64,000 nt of DNA from Escherichia coli (GTDB taxonomy: Bacteria > Pseudomonadota > Gammaproteobacteria > Enterobacterales > Enterobacteriaceae): NCBI RefSeq assembly GCF_009931435.1, contig NZ_CP043414.1. One strand, written 5' to 3'. The notes under the pieces were generated by a model. That model saw only the letters and a list, made by a program, of their open reading frames with translations. It was not told the DNA's origin and ran no database searches. Positions 41,907 through 53,800 of the stretch are shown in pieces. The position numbers and the translations under genes are program-made. Position 1 is the stretch's first letter. Each line of letters begins with the position of its first letter.

Positions 41907-42602
41907 TCAGCAATCCTCAATAATCAGATACACCGCTTTCACCGGACCATGAACCCCGACGACTTTGATAAGCTCAATGTCCGCCGTTGAACTAGGACCA
42001 CTGATGATGTTAATACATGACGGCATTCGTTCACCGGCCTGCGCTTTCTGATGCAATTTTTCTGCGAGTTGCGCTACACGCGGCAGGATTGTGCTTTTAC
42101 GCAGGATAAAAAGAGAAGATTCCGGGAGCAGGCTCAATGAACGCCCGCGCCCGGCGGCGGAAAAAAGAACCACGCCACCCGATTCGGTTAAACCATATTC
42201 AGCATATACGACGCCCACTTTAGCCTGCTCTGCTTGTGATATGTTCTCAATACCTTTCGCCGGATCCCAAACAACGGCATTGCATTCCTGCTGCAAACGT
42301 TCGCTAATCCCCAATTCCTCCAGCCTCGTGTCACCGCTAATCACGACCGACTGCTCTCCCAGCTCTTTACACAGACATATTGCAGCTTCTGCGGCCTGCG
42401 CCTCGCTGGTCAGTTCACAGCGCGTCAACATAACATCGCTGGCAAACTGGATAAACGCGTCACAGCGCTGCTGTTGGTTAAGTTCGGTAAGCCGCTCGTT
42501 AGCATAGTTGTTAAGCGGCGCATCTTCTGCTTGCGGTTCAAGTCGCTGCGGGCGACCCAGTGCCTGAGCAACGTTATTCAAAAATTCGCTCCGATTATCC
42601 AT
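41907..42602 (-). CDS. ykgG: LutC-like lactate utilisation protein (YkgG)
   Basis: Start placed at MDNRSEFL (52nd codon of the 282-aa ORF), giving 231 aa and an 8-nt overlap with ykgF. Confidence 0.75.
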   Translation of the reverse strand: MDNRSEFLNNVAQALGRPQRLEPQAEDAPLNNYANERLTELNQQQRCDAFIQFASDVMLTRCELTSEAQAAEAAICLCKELGEQSVVISGDTRLEELGISERLQQECNAVVWDPAKGIENISQAEQAKVGVVYAEYGLTESGGVVLFSAAGRGRSLSLLPESSLFILRKSTILPRVAQLAEKLHQKAQAGERMPSCINIISGPSSTADIELIKVVGVHGPVKAVYLIIEDC

Positions 42603-44022
42603 TCTTTTTCTCCTGCGCCTGATGTTTCTTAAACCAACTACGGAAACTCTCTCCGTCAGCTTCAGGAAGATCGCGTGCTTCCATCCAGTCGCTAATCGCG
42701 CCAAATTTGAGTGGTGTTTTGCCGCCATTGATAAACCAGCTTGCCGCATGAGCACCAGCCATCATCCCGACTTTCCACAATCCTGGATGACTATTGGCAT
42801 AAGCGAACATTTTTATCGCCCGTTGCTCTGCTTTTGCGGTGATCCCTTTTTCAGCCATCACCCGACGATGACGCAAAATCAGTTTTGACAGCGGAATACG
42901 CACCGGACACACGCTGTCACAAGCTGTGCATAAAGAGCAGGCGTAGGGTAAATCTTTAAAATCTTTATAGCCGCCAAGTAACGGGGAAATCACCGCACCA
43001 ATTGGCCCTGGATAAATAGAGCCATATCCATGACCGCCAATATGGCGATATGCCGGACAAGTATTCATACAAGCCCCGCAGCGAATACAGCGCAGCACAT
43101 CCCGAAATTCAGAAGCCAGCACCTCAGAACGCCCGTTATCGACAATAACCAGATGAAACTCTTCAGGACCATCAACGTGCCCCGCTTCGCGCGGTCCTGT
43201 CAGCCAGGTGTTGTATCCCGTCAAACGTGCACCAACGGCACTGCGCGCCAGCATGGTGATCAATACATCTACCTCGGCAAACGTGGGGGCAATACGCTCC
43301 ATTCCCATCACTGCAATATGCGTTTTAGGCAGCGTGGTACACATTCGCGCATTACCTTCATTGGTCACCAGGCATACCGAACCGGTCTCTGCCACCGCGA
43401 AATTACAGCCGGTAATACCTATTTCAGCACTGAGGAAATCTTCGCGGATTTTTTGCCGAATGAATAAGGTCATCGCTTCAGGCGTTTCCGGCCCCTCATA
43501 ACCCAGACGTTCGTGTAGCACTCGACGGATCTGATGGCGATCTTTATGAATTGCCGGGACCACAACATGAGAGGGCGGATCTTGATCCAGCTGGAGAATG
43601 TATTCACCCAGATCGGTTTCAATCACCTGAATACCAGCATCCTGCAACACATGATTGACACCAATCTCTTCGGTCACCATCGATTTAGATTTCACCACCT
43701 TCCGGGCATTTTTGCGTTGGGCGACCTGTAAAATGTAGCGGGTGGCGTCTTCTTTGGTTTTTGCAAAATAGACGTGACCGCCGTTTTGCGTCACTTTTTC
43801 AGAGAGCTGGTACAGATAAGCGTCGAGATTACTCAGAACATGATCACGTATCTGGGCGGCCCGGTCGCGCCACTCCTCCCAGTGCCCTAATTCATCGACC
43901 ATTTTTTGCCGATTTGCCCCAATACGCTGCTGCGCGTTTGCCACCGCTTTGCGCATGATCGGATCTTCAATTTGCTGACGGATGCGTGTCTTAAAATCTG
44001 TATTACTGGTTTTGATCGACAT
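42595..44022 (-). CDS. ykgF: LutB-like iron-sulfur protein, 4Fe-4S ferredoxin-type (YkgF)
   Basis: 475 aa with two Cys clusters CIRCGACMNTCPAY and CSLCTACDSVCP. Confidence 0.85.
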   Translation of the reverse strand: MSIKTSNTDFKTRIRQQIEDPIMRKAVANAQQRIGANRQKMVDELGHWEEWRDRAAQIRDHVLSNLDAYLYQLSEKVTQNGGHVYFAKTKEDATRYILQVAQRKNARKVVKSKSMVTEEIGVNHVLQDAGIQVIETDLGEYILQLDQDPPSHVVVPAIHKDRHQIRRVLHERLGYEGPETPEAMTLFIRQKIREDFLSAEIGITGCNFAVAETGSVCLVTNEGNARMCTTLPKTHIAVMGMERIAPTFAEVDVLITMLARSAVGARLTGYNTWLTGPREAGHVDGPEEFHLVIVDNGRSEVLASEFRDVLRCIRCGACMNTCPAYRHIGGHGYGSIYPGPIGAVISPLLGGYKDFKDLPYACSLCTACDSVCPVRIPLSKLILRHRRVMAEKGITAKAEQRAIKMFAYANSHPGLWKVGMMAGAHAASWFINGGKTPLKFGAISDWMEARDLPEADGESFRSWFKKHQAQEKKNG

Positions 44023-44032
44023 CTTTATATCC

Positions 44033-44752
44033 TCAGCGGCTCATCAGCACTTCAGCAATATGCATCACTTTGACTTTCTGCCCTTCCCGTTGTAATCGTC
44101 CACTGATGTTCAGCAGGCAACTCACGTCAGCACCAATTAAATACTCAGGGCGGACTTCCATCAGGTGCGCAACCTTTTCTTTCACCATCTCGCCGGATAT
44201 TTCGGCCATTTTGACCGAGAACGTGCCGCCAAATCCGCAGCAGGTATCCTGTTCAGCAAAGGTCAACAGCTCCAGTCCACGCACATTTTTCAGCAGCGTA
44301 AGTGGCTCGTCCTTCACCCCCAGCTTACGGGCCAGGCTACAAGATGGGTGATACACCGCTCTCCCTTGCAAACTGGCACCTACATCGACTACCCCTAATG
44401 TATTAACAATAAAAGAGGTGAGATCCTGCATACGCGCGGCAACCTTTTCGGCACGTGATGCCCATTCAGGCTCATCCGCCAGATACGTTGGGTAACTTTT
44501 TACGGCATAGGTACAGGAGCCAGCCGGTGAAATAATGGGATCGTCGTTATCCTCCAGTGCGGCGATCAGATTTTTCATCCCTGGAATCGCTTCTTTGATA
44601 TAACCACTATTGATCGCAGGCTGACCGCAGCATCCCTGTTTCTCCGGGAAATTTACGCGACAGCCGAGTTTTTCCAGTAGCAGCACGGAGTCTCGTGCCA
44701 TTCTTGATTTCAGGGCGTCACCAATACAGGTGACAAAGAAATTGACATTCAC
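44033..44752 (-). CDS. ykgE: LutA-like Cys-rich (CCG domain) oxidoreductase subunit (YkgE)
   Basis: 239 aa with CCG-type cysteine motifs (GCCGQP, TCCGFGG). Confidence 0.85.
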   Translation of the reverse strand: MNVNFFVTCIGDALKSRMARDSVLLLEKLGCRVNFPEKQGCCGQPAINSGYIKEAIPGMKNLIAALEDNDDPIISPAGSCTYAVKSYPTYLADEPEWASRAEKVAARMQDLTSFIVNTLGVVDVGASLQGRAVYHPSCSLARKLGVKDEPLTLLKNVRGLELLTFAEQDTCCGFGGTFSVKMAEISGEMVKEKVAHLMEVRPEYLIGADVSCLLNISGRLQREGQKVKVMHIAEVLMSR

Positions 44753-45269
44753 AACTAATACTCCATTACTTCATGCCCATTTATGCCCGATGCTTCCCCC
44801 CACCTGGGGATCAATCATCAATAAATATGGCGTTCTTTTTTAATTGGCTAGCAACATACCACCCCTCATTTGTATGACAAATGATAATCTTTCATCCAAA
44901 CTTCAAATGCAATAACTAATTTTATTTCTTTCGGCATCGCTCACATTTTATAGGGAAATCGACGATCATTTTTGGCATAAGAAATTCATTTAAAAAGGCC
45001 ACATCCCTTATACCTATTCAGAGCTACTTATTCAGGGGTTGTTGAGATATACAATGATGGTGTACTAACAAAATCACCGGCAATAATCAGGTATCAAGTA
45101 ATAGTCGGCATTTTATTTAATTAAAGCAATTTAGTTTGCGTTTTTATTTACATACTGGGCCTGCATTCTTCAAAAAAACATATAAAACACAGTTGGAAAT
45201 AGAAATAGTTGAAAGGCTCACAACACCCGGAATGCTGATTATCTTTGCTCCGATTCCTGGCGGTTTTAT

Positions 45270-46124
45270 TCAGGGTGCAAGCTGTCTGACTCTTTCCCGA
45301 TATTCTCCCGGGGTACAACCAAACTCGCGGACAAACGCCTTGTGAAAAGATGATTCACTGGCATAGCCTACTGACTCAGCGATCACCACAACAGGGAACG
45401 TTTCCCGGGAAAACATCTGGGCCGCTATTTGTAGACGCAACTTTGTTAATACAGCCAGCGGCGTGGTTCCGGAAACATCACGGAAAAGCTGGGCAAAACT
45501 TGCCCGGGACATGTGGGCGATGCTGGCCAGCGATTCGACGGTCCAGGCGTGTCCTGGCATTTCCAGCATTTGCTGTATTACCGCACCAAGACGTGGATGC
45601 AGAAGCAAACTGAGAATGTTTTTCTCAGTATTAACCTGTGCAATCCACTCACGCACCGCGAGGGTAAAGAATGTAGCGCAGATCTGGCTACACAGTGCAT
45701 CCACTCCCGGCATTGCCGATCTGGACTCCTGTTGTAAAAACGGGATCGCCTCCCTCAGCCAGTTATATTCCACGCTGTGGTTAACCGGTGCTAAAAACAG
45801 CGTTTCCGGCAAAGACGTTAAAAAATAACGCGCCGAATGTTGTAGCCGAAGAGTGCCACAGACAATACAGGTCGATTCATTATCGACATGACTCAGGCGA
45901 TGAGCTGAATTTTGTGGTAGCAGGACCACATTTCCCGGGCGTAATGTAAAAATCTCCCCCGTCGGCATTTCCAGCTTCGCCGCTCCTTGCGTTAACGCAT
46001 GCCAACGAATAACCGATAATTCCCCGGCACCATGTGGAAGCTGCCAGTCACTTCCTAACACGCAATTCTTATCGATCGTTCCTTGTGGAGCGTTAAGCAT
46101 CAACAAACGGCTAAGGGCATCCAT
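45270..46124 (-). CDS. rclR: AraC-family redox-sensing activator of the rcl operon (RclR/YkgD)
   Basis: 284 aa with C-terminal AraC HTH; divergent from rclA. Confidence 0.8.
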   Translation of the reverse strand: MDALSRLLMLNAPQGTIDKNCVLGSDWQLPHGAGELSVIRWHALTQGAAKLEMPTGEIFTLRPGNVVLLPQNSAHRLSHVDNESTCIVCGTLRLQHSARYFLTSLPETLFLAPVNHSVEYNWLREAIPFLQQESRSAMPGVDALCSQICATFFTLAVREWIAQVNTEKNILSLLLHPRLGAVIQQMLEMPGHAWTVESLASIAHMSRASFAQLFRDVSGTTPLAVLTKLRLQIAAQMFSRETFPVVVIAESVGYASESSFHKAFVREFGCTPGEYRERVRQLAP

Positions 46125-46349
46125 ATCAGACTCCTGAGTGGTTTTTGATTACAAACACCAACAATCTTAGACAATAATTAATCTAATACCATCAAATGGT
46201 TAATCATGATTTTTGTTTTGTGATTCTGATTAATAAAAAGAAAATACCAGACGATAAGACAAAATATCAAGCGTTGTGAAGAAATGTTATTTGCTCTTTT
46301 GCGTCTATAGTCATGATGTCAAATGAACGCGTTTCGACAGGAAATCATC

Positions 46350-47675
46350 ATGAATAAATATCAGGCAGTTATTATTGGTTTTGGCAAGGCTGGAAAAACA
46401 TTAGCCGTCACGCTGGCAAAAGCAGGTTGGCGTGTGGCTCTCATCGAACAATCAAATGCAATGTATGGCGGGACCTGTATTAATATCGGCTGTATCCCAA
46501 CCAAAACATTGGTTCATGACGCACAGCAGCACACAGATTTTGTCCGTGCCATACAGCGTAAAAATGAAGTGGTTAATTTTTTACGTAATAAGAATTTTCA
46601 TAATCTTGCGGATATGCCCAATATCGACGTGATCGACGGCCAGGCGGAGTTTATCAATAATCATAGCCTGCGTGTTCATCGGCCTGGGGGAAATCTGGAG
46701 ATTCATGGCGAGAAAATTTTTATTAATACCGGTGCACAAGCCGTGGTTCCGCCAATTCCTGGAATTACCACCACGCCTGGTGTATATGACAGCACCGGAT
46801 TACTTAATCTAAAAGAATTGCCTGGGCATTTAGGTATTTTGGGCGGCGGATATATTGGCGTTGAGTTCGCCTCTATGTTCGCTAATTTTGGCAGCAAAGT
46901 AACCATTTTAGAGGCATCTTCGCTGTTTTTGCCTCGGGAAGATCGGGATATTGCTGATAATATCGCGACGATTTTACGCGATCAGGGCGTCGATATAATC
47001 CTCAATGCCCATGTGGAGCGAATCAGTCACCATGAAAATCAAGTGCAAGTGCATAGCGAGCACGCCCAACTGGCGGTGGATGCACTGTTAATAGCTTCCG
47101 GTCGTCAACCGGCTACCGCTTCGTTACATCCAGAAAATGCAGGTATCGCAGTAAACGAGCGCGGGGCAATTGTCGTTGACAAGCAATTACATACCACCGC
47201 AGACAATATTTGGGCGATGGGAGATGTTACCGGCGGGCTGCAATTTACTTACATTTCACTGGATGATTACCGCATTGTACGTGATGAGTTACTGGGTGAA
47301 GGCAAACGTAGTACTGATGATCGGAAAAATGTGCCTTATTCCGTATTTATGACACCGCCCCTGTCCAGGGTTGGTATGACAGAAGAACAAGCCAGAGAGA
47401 GTGGTGCTGATATTCAGGTGGTGACATTGCCTGTAGCTGCAATTCCGCGCGCCAGAGTGATGAACGATACCCGTGGGGTATTAAAAGCGATTGTTGATAA
47501 TAAAACCCAACGTATATTAGGGGCATCACTGCTGTGTGTTGACTCCCACGAGATGATTAATATAGTGAAAATGGTGATGGATGCCGGGCTGCCTTATAGC
47601 ATATTACGCGATCAGATATTTACTCATCCGTCGATGAGCGAATCACTCAATGATCTATTTTCATTAGTCAAATAA
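46350..47675 (+). CDS. rclA: Pyridine nucleotide-disulfide oxidoreductase (RclA/YkgC)
   Basis: FAD motif IIGFGKAG and active-site CINIGC; start placed at MNKYQ. Confidence 0.85.
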   Translation: MNKYQAVIIGFGKAGKTLAVTLAKAGWRVALIEQSNAMYGGTCINIGCIPTKTLVHDAQQHTDFVRAIQRKNEVVNFLRNKNFHNLADMPNIDVIDGQAEFINNHSLRVHRPGGNLEIHGEKIFINTGAQAVVPPIPGITTTPGVYDSTGLLNLKELPGHLGILGGGYIGVEFASMFANFGSKVTILEASSLFLPREDRDIADNIATILRDQGVDIILNAHVERISHHENQVQVHSEHAQLAVDALLIASGRQPATASLHPENAGIAVNERGAIVVDKQLHTTADNIWAMGDVTGGLQFTYISLDDYRIVRDELLGEGKRSTDDRKNVPYSVFMTPPLSRVGMTEEQARESGADIQVVTLPVAAIPRARVMNDTRGVLKAIVDNKTQRILGASLLCVDSHEMINIVKMVMDAGLPYSILRDQIFTHPSMSESLNDLFSLVK

Positions 47676-47783
47676 ACTCAAAATCAGACGCCAGGACAAA
47701 TATTCTGGCGTCTCAGAGAAAAGAATCTTATTAATTCCTTGTTATTATATAACTTCTTAATCACTTCATTGATGGTATTTTAT

Positions 47784-48020
47784 ATGTTTAAAAAACCTGT
47801 TTTATTTGCAACACTATTATCTGGCGTTATGGCATTTTCCACCAATGCAGATGATAAAATAATTCTGAAACATATCAGCGTCTCGTCAGTATCAGCATCA
47901 CCGACAGTTCTGGAGGATGCCATTGCTGATATAGCCAGAAAATATAATGCTTCATCCTGGAAAGTCACATCGATGCGAATTGATAATAATTCAACCGCAA
48001 CAGCAGTATTGTATAAATAA
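47784..48020 (+). CDS. rclB: Small periplasmic protein RclB (YkgI)
   Basis: Signal peptide MFKKPVLFATLLSGVMAFSTNA; start chosen at MFKKPV within the longer ORF. Confidence 0.7.
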   Translation: MFKKPVLFATLLSGVMAFSTNADDKIILKHISVSSVSASPTVLEDAIADIARKYNASSWKVTSMRIDNNSTATAVLYK

Positions 48021-48031
48021 GGATGTTCACA

Positions 48032-48625
48032 ATGGAAAAATACCTGCACCTGTTAAGTCGGGGAGATAAAATTGGCCTGACATTGATTCGTCTGAGTATT
48101 GCGATTGTTTTTATGTGGATTGGGTTATTAAAGTTTGTCCCTTACGAGGCAGACAGCATTACACCATTCGTCGCAAACAGTCCACTAATGTCGTTCTTTT
48201 ATGAACACCCGGAAGACTATAAACAGTATCTGACTCACGAAGGCGAATACAAACCAGAAGCAAGGGCATGGCAATCGGCCAATAATACCTATGGTTTTTC
48301 CAACGGTCTTGGCGTCGTGGAGGTGATTATTGCTCTGCTGGTTTTGGCTAATCCTGTCAATCGCTGGTTAGGTTTATTGGGAGGGCTGATGGCATTTACC
48401 ACACCGTTGGTAACACTCTCATTTTTAATCACCACCCCGGAGGCATGGGTACCCGCATTGGGTGACGCTCATCATGGTTTCCCTTATTTATCTGGTGCTG
48501 GTCGCCTGGTATTGAAAGATACTCTGATGCTGGCAGGTGCTGTCATGATAATGGCAGATTCGGCGCGGGATATTCTTAAACAACGCAGTAATGAATCCAG
48601 TTCAACGTTAAAAACTGAATATTGA
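48032..48625 (+). CDS. rclC: Inner-membrane protein RclC (YkgB, DoxX-like)
   Basis: Hydrophobic protein of about 197 aa, immediately downstream of rclB. Confidence 0.75.
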   Translation: MEKYLHLLSRGDKIGLTLIRLSIAIVFMWIGLLKFVPYEADSITPFVANSPLMSFFYEHPEDYKQYLTHEGEYKPEARAWQSANNTYGFSNGLGVVEVIIALLVLANPVNRWLGLLGGLMAFTTPLVTLSFLITTPEAWVPALGDAHHGFPYLSGAGRLVLKDTLMLAGAVMIMADSARDILKQRSNESSSTLKTEY

Positions 48626-48784
48626 TAATCCGAACACTGTCTGTTGTTCACTTTTTCAGGCGTCAGGCTCCCTTTCTGATGATGAAGCCTGACGCCATAT
48701 TACCGGAGATATGACAGAGTGAAGATCAATATCACTCCCCTGTTAAAAGATTCTTGTCGTCTCAGGTAAAATAAGTGATTAATA

Positions 48785-49669
48785 TCAATCATGTATTTTT
48801 ACAGCAAGACAACCACGAACAAACTCAGGATTAAAATGTTTTACCGATTCCCCAACATAACCCAAATCAAGCGAACTAATTTGCGCCATTTCTTTCTCTG
48901 TCAGTGAGAAATCCCAGATAGCAAAATTTTCTTCGATACGCTGTTGATGTGTCGATTTCGGAATAACGACCACTCCCCGTTGAATATTCCAACGCAGAAT
49001 GACCTGAGAAATCGATTTTTGATGGGCATCTGCAATATTCTGAAGCAGACTATTTTCAAAGGTTTTATGTCTTCCACCGCCTAACGGAGCCCATGCTTCA
49101 GGCTGCACGTTATAATACTTCATGGTTGCCAGCGCCTCTGGTTGGGCAAAATAGGGATGCAACTCGACCTGGTTGACCATCGGTTTAACTCTTACCGTCT
49201 CACAAAAGTTCGCCAGAACATGAGGGTAGAAATTGGAAACCCCAATCGCTTTTAATTTTCCCTCTTCATAGGCATCTTCGAGTGCACGCCACGCACTAAA
49301 ATAATCGCGCATGGCCTGGTGTAATAAATAGAGATCGAAGTATTCCAGTCCCGATTTTTTTAATGATGCTTCAATACCTGCTGCTGCAATATCCTGATTC
49401 AACATATCCTGCACCCACAATTTAGACGTTATAAATAACTCTTCTCGGGTACATAAACCTTCAGATATGGCTTCACGAACGGCTTCACCGACGGCATCTT
49501 CATTACCGTATACCGCTGCAGTGTCGATGAGTCGATAACCCGTGCGGATAGCATTCAACACTGACTGTTTGCACACGTCTTTATCGGTAACCTGAAAAAC
49601 ACCAAATCCCATCATCGGCATTTTCAGATTGTTACTTAATACGGAAAATTCCACTGTCAGTCCCTCCAT
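48785..49669 (-). CDS. Aldo-keto reductase (AKR family)
   Basis: 294 aa with AKR motifs ([28 protein letters not shown]...ISQVILRW). Confidence 0.8.
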   Translation of the reverse strand: MEGLTVEFSVLSNNLKMPMMGFGVFQVTDKDVCKQSVLNAIRTGYRLIDTAAVYGNEDAVGEAVREAISEGLCTREELFITSKLWVQDMLNQDIAAAGIEASLKKSGLEYFDLYLLHQAMRDYFSAWRALEDAYEEGKLKAIGVSNFYPHVLANFCETVRVKPMVNQVELHPYFAQPEALATMKYYNVQPEAWAPLGGGRHKTFENSLLQNIADAHQKSISQVILRWNIQRGVVVIPKSTHQQRIEENFAIWDFSLTEKEMAQISSLDLGYVGESVKHFNPEFVRGCLAVKIHD

Positions 49670-49869
49670 TAGGTATGAACAATGAGTCTACGTTAAAACG
49701 TAACCTCAAATTAGTATGTGGATTTTGATATCACTTATGCAAAAAATTCATTAATAATGTAGGACTGAAACCTCTCTATTTTCGGGGACAACGAAGCAGA
49801 CGCTACCAGTGCTTTTGCCTTCGCCCTTGCTGTTTTTGATACACTTAGGGCCCAGGGCATAACGAAAAT

Positions 49870-50760
49870 GTGCGATATGACAAAGAATTAACGGAGAATG
49901 TGATGATCAGGCAGAAGATTCTACAGCAGCTCCTGGAGTGGATTGAGTGCAATCTTGAGCACCCTATTTCAATCGAAGATATCGCACAGAAATCTGGCTA
50001 CAGCAGACGCAACATCCAGCTTCTGTTCCGAAATTTCATGCATGTGCCTTTGGGAGAATACATTCGCAAACGAAGGCTTTGTCGCGCCGCCATTCTTGTC
50101 CGGCTCACCGCGAAATCTATGCTTGATATTGCACTCTCTTTGCATTTTGATTCACAGCAGTCATTCAGCCGCGAATTTAAAAAGTTATTCGGCTGCTCTC
50201 CCCGTGAATACCGCCACCGTGATTATTGGGATCTCGCAAATATCTTCCCTTCTTTTTTAATACGTCAACAGCAAAAGACGGAGTGTAGATTAGTCAACTT
50301 TCCTGAGACGCCTATTTTTGGCAATTCATTTAAATATGATATTGAAGTGTCGAATAAATCACCGGATGAAGAAGTCAAACTGCGACGTCATCATTTAGCC
50401 AGATGTATGAAGAATTTTAAGACGGATATCTATTTCGTCTCCACGTTCGAACCGTCAACAAAATCGGTCGATTTGCTCACAGTTGAAACTTTTGCCGGTA
50501 CGGTATGCAAACAAACCGATTCAGAGATGTCGAAAGAGTGGACAATTAACCGAGGACTGTATGCCTCTTTCCGCTATGAAGGTGAGTGGGAGCACTACCC
50601 TGAATGGGCGCGAAACCTCTATCTGATGGAATTACCTGCCAGGGGGTTAGCCAGAGTGAACGGCAGTGATATTGAGCGATTTTATTACAATGAAGATTTC
50701 GTAGAAAAGGATAGCAATGATGTTGTTTGCGAAATATTTATCCCTGTTCGTCCGGTTTAG
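49870..50760 (+). CDS. AraC/XylS-family regulator with N-terminal HTH and C-terminal GyrI-like domain (Rob-like; YkgA-like)
   Basis: 296 aa; N-terminal dual HTH (ISIEDIAQKSGYSRRNIQLLF, DSQQSFSREFKKLFG). Confidence 0.72.
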   Translation: MRYDKELTENVMIRQKILQQLLEWIECNLEHPISIEDIAQKSGYSRRNIQLLFRNFMHVPLGEYIRKRRLCRAAILVRLTAKSMLDIALSLHFDSQQSFSREFKKLFGCSPREYRHRDYWDLANIFPSFLIRQQQKTECRLVNFPETPIFGNSFKYDIEVSNKSPDEEVKLRRHHLARCMKNFKTDIYFVSTFEPSTKSVDLLTVETFAGTVCKQTDSEMSKEWTINRGLYASFRYEGEWEHYPEWARNLYLMELPARGLARVNGSDIERFYYNEDFVEKDSNDVVCEIFIPVRPV

Positions 50761-50880
50761 TTATCGCTATGTCTAAATGAATTTATAACAAGACTACTGT
50801 CAGGCAATTCAATAAATAATGGCGTTGAAGATGTCAACGCCATTATTGTTTATTAGAATGTTACTTTCATACTCTTAATA

Positions 50881-53800
50881 TTATTTCATCGCCTCCTCGC
50901 CCGTTGCCGTATTGGCATCCACCGCGGTAATGGTCACCGTCACTGGCTTCATTTCGTACCCGCCATAGGTCAGGGCGTTAAATGTGAACGTATAGACACC
51001 AGGCTTGCTGGTACTAAATGTACGCGTGATTTTTCCGCTCACGAAATGGTCATTTTTCGACGGCAGGAACTGATAATCCTTCTCCGTCACCCCTTCCGGC
51101 GTCTGAATGTCGACCCACATATTCCCGCCAACGGGGTTATTTGCCGACATCAGGGTCACCTCCAGCTTCGCAGTCGATTTCCCATCCGCCACCAGCGAAG
51201 GCACATTAGATGATGCGGTGAGCTGCGCGTTTTTATCATCCGCGACGAATTTAGCTTCGGCGGTTTTCGTTGATACCTGACCGTTGTTCTGACTCACTTG
51301 CGCCGTGAGTGTATATGTCGCCGCAACAGTCGTGGTGGCGGTGAAAATAGCCTGCCCTTGCTCATTCGTTGTCGCAGTGCCATTCGGTTCCAGGTTTAAC
51401 GAAGCCGGGCTGGCGGTCAGCGTCACTTCGCTATCTTTCACCAAATTCTTATTGGCATCAGTCACCGTAACTTTATACGTTTGTTTGGCTTTGCCGTCCG
51501 CCAGTGCATAGTTGCCAATCACCTCAATACTGGAGACGGTTGCGGTAGCCTTATCGGCTACAAACGTTATAGTCTGCGTATTCGAAGGCTGGCTATTCCC
51601 TGCCGATGCCGTGATCTCATACGTTCCGGCAGTCACTGAAACCACCTGCAACTCTGCTTTCCCCTCATCGTTGGCTTTCACCCAGACATTATCGCCAGTA
51701 AGCGGCTTGACACCCCGGGGCAGATTAAATGTCACCAGAGTTCCTGGAACAGGGTTACCGTTTTTATCCTCAACGGTCGCCGTCAGCGTAAAGGCATCTT
51801 TGCCGTTTGCCACTTTTTGAACGGCGGTGTCTACCTGCAGGTTTGCCTGACCGGTGCTGGCATCCGCGTTGAATTTCACCGTGACCGTCTTCTGAGAGTT
51901 TTTCACCGCGGCCGCGATTTCAAGTTCCCCTGCAACGGTTGATATCAACTCAATATCCGCTTTACCTGCCGCATTGGTTGTTACTGTATTCCCCGTCTTG
52001 CTAGTCACACCCTGCGGTAAAGTCAGCGTAACTTCTTGCCCCTGCAACGGGTTACCATAGCTGTCCACGACGGTCAGGGTTACCTGGTTAGCAGACTGTC
52101 CATTTGCCAGTTGGTTATTCACCTTCACCGCCATATCACTGATCACTGCCCGGGAAGCGTCGCCTGCAACATTCAGCACCAATGGCTGAGCAACGGCATT
52201 TTGGCCGTTCACGCGTGGCATGACAGACAACTGACCTGCAGCCGATCCCAGCGTTAAGGTCGCCACGTAGACCCCATTACCTTTCTCTGTCCAGTTACCT
52301 GCTGAAGGACGCTCACTCCCCGTGCTGGCGGCACCGCTAAACACGGGTGCATCGAGTTTCAGGTTACTAACAGGGTTGCCATACGCATCCTTCACGGTGA
52401 AGGTAAGTTCCGTCGTCGTTTTAACCGTTGGAGTCTTATTGTCCGCAACAAGCGTAGAGTTCGCTGATGACATCTCCCCGGCGATGACCGTCAACTGCGC
52501 GGCTTCGGTGGCTGCTGGCTGGCCGTTGAAGAGCGGCATGACACGAAGTTCGCCCGTCTTTCCGCCTGTGGTCAACGTAGCAACATAGGAACCGTCACCT
52601 TTTTCGGTCCAACTGGAAATAGTCGCCCCTTCAGAGGCGGTCCCCGTCAAACTTGCCGACAACGAAAGACCACTGATAGCGTTGCCATGCGCATCTTTCG
52701 CCACCAGCGTCACGGTTGTGCTTTCGCCTGCTTTTACGCGATCTGCGGCTACAGACACTGTCGACTGGCCTGAAGATAACGCATCAGCCACCACGGTTAC
52801 TTTTGCCGCGTTTGCTGCCGCATCCTGTCCATTTAGCTTCGGCATAACTTCTAATTCACCCGCCGTAGAGCCGAGAGTAATCTGCGCAGTCCACGTCCCA
52901 TCACCATTATTTGTCCAGCCAGATGCCGTAGAACCAGCAGCTGCTGCGCCCGATAATGACGGTGCATCCGGATTGAGGCCTGTTACAGGGTTGTCATTGG
53001 CATCTTTTGCCGTCCAGATTGCCGTAAGCGTACCGCCGACCACCGGTTTATCAGGATTCAGGGTGATGGACGAGTGTGCTGCATCAAGCGGCCCGGCAAC
53101 GAACTTCAGCGTTTGTTGTAATGTGCCCAGCTGATACTGCTCGCTGAAGGCACGCACAACAACGTTTCCGGCACGGGTCGAAGAAACCGTGGCGCTGTAA
53201 ACCCCTGGTTTTATTTCCGAAATGGCACCAACGGTTACACCATTAGTGTCTTGCGGAACAAGTCGCAGGCGGCTGGCTTCTCCCGTCACCGGATTACCCT
53301 CGGAGTCCACCGCTGTCAGTGTCAGCGTGTAGGCTTGCTGACCATCAGCAACCACGTCACCTGACGGCTCGTTAGCGCTCAGGGTGGAGTTTGCCACATC
53401 CATCATCGTGGCCCGCAGTTCTGCAGTGACGGTTTTGCTCATGCCATCAACGCTAACAGTAATCGTTGCCTCACCTGACTGCGTTCCGGTCGTAAAGACA
53501 GACTGGTACACCCCTGCTTCAGTTTCGGTGAACTCACCCAGTGTGGGTTTTGCCTGTGATTTAGTGGCCTTCAGGGTACGAGTCACAATATTTCCAGCCG
53601 GTTTGAAGGATAGTTCAGTCTTGATCTGATCTTTCATGCCCTTGACTGGCTGGCCCTCTGCGTCGCGCAGAGACAGCACCAGCGGCTTTTGCTCATTACC
53701 GTTAGCAAGCATTTGAATACGGCTCTGACCGTCAAGCGTTAACGCCGTACGATCGGCGCTCATACCAGCTCCGCTAATAACCACTTCTGTCTGCACACGT